Source: Octopus sinensis
Taxonomy: Eukaryota
Assembly (NCBI RefSeq): GCF_006345805.1
Contig: NW_021827483.1
Coordinates: 1-9,792, forward strand
Length of the DNA: 9,792 nt
Direction of reading: 5' to 3'
Made by a program: the position numbers and the translations under genes
Notes under the pieces: generated by a model
The model's database searches: none
What the model was told of the DNA's origin: nothing
The model's input: only the letters and a program-made list of their open reading frames with translations
In this document: one piece after another, positions 1 through 9,200 of the stretch
How positions within the stretch are numbered: the stretch's first letter is position 1
How the letters are laid out: each line of letters opens with the position of its first letter

Positions 1-18
1 TCAACAATTGAGGGTAAA

Positions 19-36
19 ATTAATTAATTAATTAAT
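19..36. repeat. 18-bp perfect palindrome ATTAATTAATTAATTAAT, a (TTAA)4 microsatellite present in each monomer (copy 1 shown)
   Basis: Read directly and self-reverse-complementary. Present in all copies that include this region, with 1-nt losses in the copies ending at 6231 and 8439. Confidence 0.95.
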
Positions 37-50
37 CATTTCACCATGTA

Positions 51-142
51 TTCAGTATGCAAAGGGACCATTTAAGGCAAATTCAAATTATTACATTATA
101 TAAAAGGGCTTAGTAAAATAAATTACTTTGCCGCATACTGAA
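51..142. repeat. Internal inverted repeat A: TTCAGTATGC (51-60) / GCATACTGAA (133-142), extended by AAAG/CTTT across a 3-nt bulge (copy 1 shown)
   Basis: The 10-bp arms are perfect reverse complements; 61-64 AAAG pairs with 126-129 CTTT if 130-132 is bulged out. Confidence 0.85.
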
Positions 143-145
143 CTC

Positions 146-180
146 GTTAGAAATAGCAGCTAAAAAAAACTATTTCTAAC
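146..180. repeat. Internal hairpin B: 11-bp stem GTTAGAAATAG / CTATTTCTAAC with a 13-nt loop CAGCTAAAAAAAA (copy 1 shown)
   Basis: 146-156 is the exact reverse complement of 170-180. The loop A-run varies between 7 and 8 among copies. Confidence 0.92.
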
Positions 181-202
181 ACTTAAAGAAAACCTCTCTC
201 AT

Positions 203-499
203 ATAGTGTTTGCTCAATTCAACTCAAGAAAGTATGAGGGTAGAGACATTAAAAAATCAAATGCAAAGGTTATTTGAGTACGTACGTTTCAAGATTAGCC
301 AAAATCGACCCTTCTCTCATCAGCTCAGAATGCCCATGTTTGAGTTTGAAAACACTGAAAATGGGAGCATACCCTTTCGGCTTGTTATCGCTTCTGAAGA
401 TCTGTTCCAAACTAACAGTGCTAGCTAACTCATATATGCAAGAGAAAAATTTCTGTTCTCCCCTTTCCACCAGCGTGGGTTAAAATCAGCAAACACTAT
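203..499. repeat. Internal inverted repeat C: 12-bp arms ATAGTGTTTGCT (203-214) / AGCAAACACTAT (488-499) enclosing 273 bp (copy 1 shown)
   Basis: The arms are exact 12-bp reverse complements. No target-site duplication is visible in the flanks (CTCAT vs GCTTT). Confidence 0.9.
335..438. repeat. Internal imperfect inverted repeat D: CATGTTTGAGTT (335-346) / consensus AACTCAAATATG (427-438), with in-register inner CACTG (353-357) / CAGTG (416-420)
   Basis: 11 of 12 positions pair in consensus copies (one G.T). The paired coordinates all sum to 773, so the inner 5-bp stem is in register. Copy 1 has a private A>T at 433; the consensus arm is seen in copies 2-6. Confidence 0.75.
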
Positions 500-3258
500 G
501 CTTTTTTCGGTAAAATCCGAGACAATTAAGTAGAGAGAGATGAATTATAATTTCAACAATTGAGGGTAAAATTAATTAATTAATTAATCAATTTCACCAA
601 GTATTCAGTATGCAAAGGACCATTTAAGGCAAATTCAAATTATTACATTATATAAAAGGGCTTAGTAAAATAAATACTTTGCCGCATACTGAACTCGTTA
701 GAAATAGCAGCTAAAAAAAACTATTTCTAACACTTAAAGAAAACCTCTCTCATATAGTGTTTGCTCAATTCAACTCAAGAAAGTATGAGGGTAGAGACAT
801 TAAAAAATCAAATGCAAAGGTTATTTGAGTACGTACGTTTCAAGATTAGCCAAAATCGACCCTTCTCTCATCAGCTCAGAATGCCCATGTTTGAGTTTGA
901 AAACACTGAAAATGGGAGCATACCCTTTCGGCTTGTTATCGCTTCTGAAGATCTGTTCCAAACTAACAGTGCTAGCTAACTCAAATATGCAAGACAAAAA
1001 TTTCTGTTCTCCCCTTTCCACCAGCGTGGGTTAAAATCAGCAAACACTATGCTTTTTTCGGTAAAATCCGAGACAATTAAGTAGAGAGAGATGAATTATA
1101 ATTTCAACAATTGAGGGTAAAATTAATTAATTAATTAATCAATTTCACCAAGTATTCAGTATGCAAAGGGACCATTTAAGGCAAATTCAAATTATTACAT
1201 TATATAAAAGGGCTTAGTAAAATAAATTACTTTGCCGCATACTGAACTCGTTAGAAATAGCAGCTAAAAAAAACTATTTCTAACACTTAAAGAAAACCTC
1301 TCTCATATAGTGTTTGCTCAATTCAACTCAAGAAAGTATGAGGGTAGAGACATTAAAAAATCAAATGCAAAGGTTATTTGAGTACGTACGTTTCAAGATT
1401 AGCCAAAATCGACCCTTCTCTCATCAGCTCAGAATGCCCATGTTTGAGTTTGAAAACACTGAAAATGGGAGCATACCCTTTCGGCTTGTTATCGCTTCTG
1501 AAGATCTGTTCCAAACTAACAGTGCTAGCTAACTCAAATATGCAAGAGAAAAATTTCCGTTCTCCCCTTTCCACCAGCGTGGGTTAAAATCAGCAAACAC
1601 TATGCTTTTTTCGGTAAAATCCGAGACAATTAAGTAGAGAGAGATGAATTATAATTTCAACAATTGAGGGTAAAATTAATTAATTAATTAATCAATTTCA
1701 CCAAGTATTCAGTATGCAAAGGACCATTTAAGGCAAATTCAATTTATTACATTATATAAAAGGGCTTAGTAAAATAAATTACTTTGCCGCATACTGAACT
1801 CGTTAGAAATAGCAGCTAAAAAAAACTATTTCTAACACTTAAAGAAAACCTCTCTCATATAGTGTTTGCTCAATTCAACTCAAGAAAGTATGAGGGTAGA
1901 GACATTAAAAAATCAAATGCAAAGGTTATTTGAGTACGTACGTTTCAAGATTAGCCAAAATCGACCCTTCTCTCATCAGCTCAGAATGCCCATGTTTGAG
2001 TTTGAAAACACTGAAAATGGGAGCATACCCTTTCGGCTTGTTATCGCTTCTGAAGATCTGTTCCAAACTAACAGTGCTAGCTAACTCAAATATGCAGAGA
2101 AAAATTTCTGTTCTCCCCTTTCCACCAGCGTGGGTTAAAATCAGCAAACACTATGCTTTTTTCGGTAAAATCCGAGACAATTAAGTAGAGAGAGATGAAT
2201 TATAATTTCAACAATTGAGGGTAAAATTAATTAATTAATTAATCAATTTCACCAAGTATTCAGTATGCAAAGGACCATTTAAGGCAAATTCAAATTATTA
2301 CATTATATAAAAGGGCTTAGTAAAATAAATTACTTTGCCGCATACTGAACTCGTTAGAAATAGCAGCTAAAAAAAACTATTTCTAACACTTAAAGAAAAC
2401 CTCTCTCATATAGTGTTTGCTCAATTCAACTCAAGAAAGTATGAGGGTAGAGACATTAAAAAATCAAATGCAAAGGTTATTTGAGTACGTACGTTTCAAG
2501 ATTAGCCAAAATCGACCCTTCTCTCATCAGCTCAGAATGCCCATGTTTGAGTTTGAAAACACTGAAAATGGGAGCATACCCTTTCGGCTTGTTATCGCTT
2601 CTGAAGATCTGTTCCAAACTAACAGTGCTAGCTAACTCAAATATGCAAGAGAAAAATTTCTGTTCTCCCCTTTCCACCAGCGTGGTTAAAATCAGCAAAC
2701 ACTATGCTTTTTTCGGTAAAATCCGAGACATTAAGTAGAGAGAGATGAATTATAATTTCAACAACAATTGAGGGTAAAATTAATTAATTAATTAATCAAT
2801 TTCACCAAGTATTCAGTATGCAAAGGGACCATTTAAGGCAAATTCAAATTATTACATTATATAAAAGGGCTTAGTAAAATAAATTACTTTGCCGCATACT
2901 GAACTCGTTAGAAATAGCAGCTAAAAAAAACTATTTCTAACACTTAAAGAAAACCTCTCTCATATAGTGTTTGCTCAATTCAACTCAAGAAAGTATGAGG
3001 GTAAGACATTAAAAAATCAAATGCAAAGTTATTTGAGTACGTACGTTTCAAGATTAGCCAAAATCGACCCTTCTCTCATCAGCTCAGAATGCCCATGTTT
3101 GAGTTTGAAAACACTGAAAATGGGAGCATACCCTTTCGGCTTGTTATCGCTTCTGAAGATCTGTTCCAAACTAACAGTGCTAGCTAACTCAAATATGCAA
3201 GAGAAAAATTTCTGTTCTCCCCTTTCCACCAGCGTGGGTTAAAATCAGCAAACACTAT

Positions 3259-3280
3259 GCTTTTTTCATATGCTATATGA
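3259..3280. other. Orientation-switch (inversion) junction with a 5-nt insert ATATG at 3268-3272
   Basis: The forward monomer ...AGCAAACACTATGCTTTTTTC ends at 3267 (the normal continuation GGTAAAATCC is absent). The reverse monomer resumes at 3273 with CTATATGAGAGAGG (normally preceded by AGCAAACA). The intervening ATATG belongs to neither normal continuation. Confidence 0.93.
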
Positions 3281-6200
3281 GAGAGGTTTTCTTTAAGTGT
3301 TAGAAATAGTTTTTTTTAGCTGCTATTTCTAACGAGTTCAGTATGCGGCAAATTAATTTATTTTACTAAGCCCTTTTATATAATGTAATAATTTGAATTT
3401 GCCTTAAATGGTCCCTTTGCATACTGAATACTTGGTGAAATTGATTAATTAATTAATTAATTTTACCCTCAATTGTTGAAATATAATTCATCTCTCTCTA
3501 CTTAATTGTCTCGGATTTTACCGAAAAAAGCATAGTGTTTGCTGATTTTAACCCACGCTGGTGGAAAGGGGAGAACAGAAATTTTCTCTCTTGCATATTT
3601 GAGTTAGCTAGCACTGTTAGTTTGGAACAGATCTTCAGAAGCGATAACAAGCCGAAAGGGTATGCTCCCATTTTCAGTGTTTTCAAACTCAATATGGGCA
3701 TTTTGAGCTGATGAGAGAAGGGTCGATTTTGGCTAATCTTGAAACGTACGTACTCAATAACCTTTGCATTTGATTTTTTAATGTCTCTACCCTCATACTT
3801 TCTTGAGTTGAATTGAGCAAAAATATATGAGAGAGGTTTTCTTTAAGTGTTAGAAATAGTTTTTTTTAGCTGCTATTTCTAACGAGTTCAGTATGCGGCA
3901 AAGTAATTTATTTTACTAAGCCCTTTTATATAATGTAATATTTGAATTTGCCTTAAATGGTCCCTTTGCATACTGAATACTTGGTGAAATGATTAATTAA
4001 TTAATTAATTTTACCCTCAATTGTTGAAATTATAATTCATCTCTCTCTACTTAATTGTCTCGGATTTTACCGAAAAAAGCATAGTGTTTGCTGATTTTAA
4101 CCCACGCTGGTGGAAAGGGGAGAACAGAAATTTTTCTCTTGCATATTTGAGTTAGCTAGCACTGTTAGTTTGGAACAGACCTTCAGAAGCGATAACAAGC
4201 CGAAAGGGTATGCTCCCATTTTCAGTGTTTTCAAACTCAAATATGGGCATTCTGAGCTGATGAGAGAAGGGTCGATTTTGGCTAATCTTGAAACGTACGT
4301 ACTCAAATAACCTTTGCATTTGATTTTTTAATGTCTCTACCCTCATACTTTCTTGAGTTGAATTGAGCAAACACTATATGAGAGAGGTTTTCTTTAAGTG
4401 TTAGAAATAGTTTTTTTTAGCTGCTATTTCTAACGAGTTCAGTATGCGGCAAAGTAATTTATTTTACTAAGCCCTTTTATATAATGTAATAATTTGAATT
4501 TGCCTTAAATGGTCCCTTTGCATACTGAATACTTGGTGAAATTGATTAATTAATTAATTAATTTTACCCTCAATTGTTGAAATTATAATTCATCTCTCTC
4601 TACTTAATTGTCTCGGATTTTACCGAAAAAAGCATAGTGTTTGCTGATTTTAACCCACGCTGGTGGAAAGGGGAGAACAGAAATTTTTCTCTTGCATATT
4701 TGAGTTCTAGCACTGTTAGTTTGGAACAGATCTTCAGAAGCGATAACAGCCGAAGGGTATGCTCCCATTTTCAGTGTTTTCAAACTCAAACATGGGCATT
4801 CTGAGCTGATGAGAGAAGGGTCGATTTTGGCTAATCTTGAAACGTACGTACTCAAATAACCTTTGCATTTGATTTTTTAATGTCTCTACCCTCATACTTT
4901 CTTGAGTTGAATTGAGCAAACACTATATGAGAGAGGTTTTCTTTAAGTGTTAGAAATAGTTTTTTTAGATGCTATTTCTAACGAGTTCAGTATGCGGCAA
5001 AGTAATTTATTTTACTAAGCCCTTTTATATAATGTAATAATTTGAATTTGCCTTAAATGGTCCTTTTGCATACTGAATACTTGGTGAAATTGATTAATTA
5101 ATTAATTAATTTTACCCTCAATTGTTGAAATTATAATTCATCTCTCTCTACTTAATTGTCTCGGATTTTACCGAAAAAAGCATAGTGTTTGCTGATTTTA
5201 ACCCACGCTGGTGGAAAGGGGAGAACAGAATTTTTCTCTTGCATATTTGAGTTAGCTAGCACTGTTAGTTTGGAACAGATCTTCAGAAGCGATAACAAGC
5301 CGAAAGGGTATGCTCCCATTTTCAGTGTTTTCAAACTCAAACATGGGCATTCTGAGCTGATGAGAGAAGGGTCGATTTTGGCTAATCTTGAAACGTACGT
5401 ACTCAAATAACCTTTGCATTTGATTTTTTAATGTCTCTACCCTCATACTTTCTTGAGTTGAATTGAGCAAACACTATATGAGAGAGGTTTTCTTTAAGTG
5501 TTAGAAATAGTTTTTTTAGCTGCTATTTCTAACGAGTTCAGTATGCGGCAAAGTAATTTATTTTACTAAGCCCTTTTATATAATGTAATAATTTGAATTT
5601 GCCTTAAATGGTCCCTTTGCATACTGAATACTTGGTGAAATTGATTAATTAATTAATTAATTTTACCCTCAATTGTTGAAATTATAATTCATCTCTCTCT
5701 ACTTAATTGTCTCGGATTTTACCGAAAAAAGCATAGTGTTTGCTGATTTTAACCCACGCTGGTGGAAAGGGGAGAACAGAAATTTTTCTCTTGCATATTT
5801 GAGTTAGCTAGCACTGTTAGTTTGGAACAGATCTTCAGAAGCGATAACAAGCCGAAAGGGTATGCTCCCATTTTCAGTGTTTTCAAACTCAAACATGGGC
5901 ATTCTGAGCTGATGAGAGAAGGGTCGATTTTGGCTAATCTTGAAACGTACGTACTCAAATAACCTTTGCATTTGATTTTTTAATGTCTCTACCCTCATAC
6001 TTTCTTGAGTTGAATTGAGCAAACACTATATGAGAGAGGTTTTCTTTAAGTGTTAGAAATAGTTTTTTTTAGCTGCTATTTCTAACGAGTTCAGTATGCG
6101 GCAAAGTAATTTATTTTACTAAGCCCTTTTATATAATGTAATAATTTGAATTTGCCTTAAATGGTCCCTTTGCATACTGAATACTTGGTGAAATTGATAA

Positions 6201-9200
6201 TTAATTAATTAATTTTACCCTCAATTGTTGAAATTATAATTCATCTCTCTCTACTTAATTGTCTCGGATTTTACCGAAAAAAGCATAGTGTTTGCTGATT
6301 TTAACCCACGCTGGTGGAAAGGGGAGAACAGAAATTTTTCTCTTGCATATTTGAGTTAGCTAGCACTGTTAGTTTGGAACAGATCTTCAGAAGCGATAAC
6401 AAGCCGAAAGGGTATGCTCCCATTTTCAGTGTTTTCAAACTCAAACATGGGCATTCTGAGCTGATGAGAGAAGGGTCGATTTTGGCTAATCTTGAAACGT
6501 ACGTACTCAAATAACCTTTGCATTTGATTTTTTAATGTCTCTACCCTCATACTTTCTTGAGTTGAATTGAGCAAACACTATAATGAGAGAGGTTTTCTTT
6601 AAGTGTTAGAAATAGTTTTTTTAGCTGCTATTTCTAACGAGTTCAGTATGCGGCAAAGTAATTTATTTTACTAAGCCCTTTTATATAATGTAATAATTTG
6701 AATTTGCCTTAAATGGTCCCTTTGCATACTGAATACTTGGTGAAATTGATTAATTAATTAATTAATTTTACCCTCAATTGTTGAAATTATAATTCATCTC
6801 TCTCTACTTATTGTCTCGGATTTTACCGAAAAAAGCATAGTGTTTGCTGATTTTAACCCACGCTGGTGGAAAGGGGAGAACAGAAATTTTTCTCTTGCAT
6901 ATTTGAGTTAGCTAGCACTGTTAGTTTGGAACAGATCTTCAGAAGCGATAACAAGCCGAAAGGGTATGCTCCCATTTTCAGTGTTTTCAAACTCAAATAT
7001 GGGCATTCTGAGCTGATGAGAGAAGGGTCGATTTTGGCTAATCTTGAAACGTACGTACTCAAATAACCTTTGCATTTGATTTTTTAATGTCTCTACCATC
7101 ATACTTTCTTGAGTTGAATTGAGCAAACAATATATGAGAGAGGTTTTCTTTAAGTGTTAGAAATAGTTTTTTTAGCTGCTATTTCTAACGAGTTCAGTAT
7201 GCGGCAAAGTAATTTATTTTACTAAGCCCTTTTATATAATGTAATAATTTGAATTTGCCTTAAATGGTCCCTTTGCATACTGAATACTTGGTGAAATTGA
7301 TTAATTAATTAATTAATTTTACCCTCAATTGTTGAAATTATAATTCATCTCTCTCTACTTAATTGTCTCGGATTTTACCGAAAAAAGCATAGTGTTTGCT
7401 GATTTTAACCCACGCTGGTGGAAAGGGGAGAACAGAAATTTTTCTCTTGCATATTTGAGTTCTAGCACTGTTAGTTTGGAACAGATCTTCAGAAGCGATA
7501 ACAAGCCGAAAGGGTATGCTCCCATTTTCATTGTTTTCACAAACTCAAACATGGCATTCTGAGCTGATGAGAGAAGGGTCGATTTGGCTAATCTTGAAAC
7601 GTACGTACTCAAATAACCTTTGCATTTGATTTTTTAATGTCTCTACCCTCATACTTTCTTGAGTTGAATTGAGCAAACACTATATGAGAGAGGTTTTCTT
7701 TAAGTGTTAGAATAGTTTTTTTTAGCTGCTATTTCTAACGAGTTCAGTATGCGGCAAAGTAATTTATTTTACTAAGCCCTTTTATATAATGTAATAATTT
7801 GAATTTGCCTTAAATGGTCCCTTTGCATACTGAATACTTGGTGAAATTGATTAATTAATTAATTAATTTTACCCTCAATTGTTGAAATTATAATTCATCT
7901 CTCTCTACTTAATTGTCTCGGATTTTACCGATAAAAGCATAGTGTTTGCTGATTTTAACCCACGCTGGTGGAAAGGGGAGAACAGAAATTTTTGTCTTGC
8001 ATATTTGAGTTAGCTAGCACTGTTAGTTTGGAACAGATCTTCAGAAGCGATAACAAGCCGAAAGGGTATGCTCCCATTTTCAGTGTTTTCAAACTCAAAT
8101 ATGGGCATTCTGAGCTGATGAGAGAAGGGTCGATTTTGGCTAATCTTGAAACGTACGTACTCAAATAACCTTTGCATTTGATTTTTTAATGTCTCTACCC
8201 TCATACTTTCTTGAGTTGAATTGAGCAAACAATATATGAGAGAGGTTTTCTTTAAGTGTTAGAAATGGTTTTTTTTAGCTGCTATTTCTAACGAGTTCAG
8301 TATGCGGCAAAGTAATTATTTTACTAAGCCCTTTTATATAATGTAATAATTTGAATTTGCCTTAAATGGTCCTTTGCATACTGAATACTTGGTGAAATTG
8401 ATTAATTAATTAATTATTTTACCTACCCTCAATTGTTGAAATTATAATTCATCTCTCTCTACTTAATTGTCTCGGATTTTACCGAAAAAAGCATAGTGTT
8501 TGCTGATTTTAACCCACGCTGGTGGAAAGGGGAGAACAGAAATTTTTGTCTTGCATATTTGAGTTAGCTAGCACTGTTAGTTTGGAACAGATCTTCAGAA
8601 GCGATAACAAGCCGAAAGGGTATGCTCCCATTTTCAGTGTTTTCAAACTCAACATGGGCATTCTGAGCTGATGAGAGAAGGGTCGATTTGGCTAATCTTG
8701 AAACGTACGTACTCAAATAACCTTTGCATTTGATTTTTTAATGTCTCTACCCCCCTCATACTTTCTTGAGTTGAATTGAGCAAACACTATATGAGAGAGG
8801 TTTTCTTTAAGTGTTAGAAATAGTTTTTTTAGCTGCTATTTCTAACGAGTTCAGTATGCGCGGCAAAGTAATTTATTTTACTAAGCCCTTTTATATAATG
8901 TAATAATTTGAATTTGCCTTAAATGGTCCCTTTGCATACTGAATACTTGGTGAAATTGATTAATTAATTAATTAATTTTACCCTCAATTGTTGAAATTAT
9001 AATTCAGCTCTCTCTACTTAATTGTCTCGGATTTTACCGAAAAAAGCATAGTGTTTGCTGATTTTAACCACGCTGGTGGAAAGGGGAGAACAGAAATTTT
9101 TCTCTTGCATATTTGAGTTAGCTAGCACTGTTAGTTTGGAACAGATCTTCAGAAGCGATAACAAGCCGAAAGGGTATGCTCCTTTTCAGTGTTTTCAAAC

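Larger units (their letters stand above)
1..3267 (+). repeat. Tandem array (satellite-like) of a ~552-bp monomer, forward block: 5 full copies plus 510 bp of a sixth; open at the left window edge
   Basis: The anchor TCAACAATTGAGGG recurs at 1, 553, 1104, 1657 and 2208, and at 2758 with an extra CAA (TCAACAACAATTGAGGG); monomer lengths are 552, 551, 553, 551 and 550. Copies differ at only a few positions each. The ORF track repeats with the same period (210, 761, 1314, 1866, 2417). The monomer phase is arbitrary (set at window start). Confidence 0.98.

Noticed and set aside
86-94. AATTATTAC matches the CRESS-DNA virus origin nonamer NANTATTAC
   Set aside because: It is not in the loop of a tight stem, and the hairpin with suitable geometry (146-180) lacks the nonamer. 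It is altered in copy 4, there is no Rep gene, and such a motif is easily found by chance in AT-rich DNA.
146-180. Hairpin B as a rho-independent terminator
   Set aside because: The stem is AT-rich, the A/T run lies inside the loop rather than after the stem, and no gene lies upstream.
210-483. Three overlapping ORFs of 66-72 aa per monomer (MLNSTQ..., MSTYVS..., MERGEQ...), repeated throughout the window
   Set aside because: They are short, overlap in three frames on both strands, and one starts at TTG. I recognise no domain. They recur only because the DNA repeats and are freely frameshifted or lost in several copies. Ribo-seq or proteomics would be needed to rescue any of them.
203-499. 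MITE bounded by 12-bp terminal inverted repeats
   Set aside because: There is no target-site duplication in the flanks, and the arms match no DNA-transposon superfamily end that I recognise.
1-552. Tandem RNA-gene cluster (5S rRNA, tRNA, snRNA, spliced leader)
   Set aside because: I recognise no 5S, tRNA cloverleaf, U snRNA or known spliced-leader sequence on either strand. An Rfam/Infernal search of the monomer would be the decisive test.
1-552. Monomer as a 3 x 184 bp nucleosome-length trimer
   Set aside because: The arithmetic fits, but I see no similarity among the three thirds, so there is no sequence support for an internal subunit.
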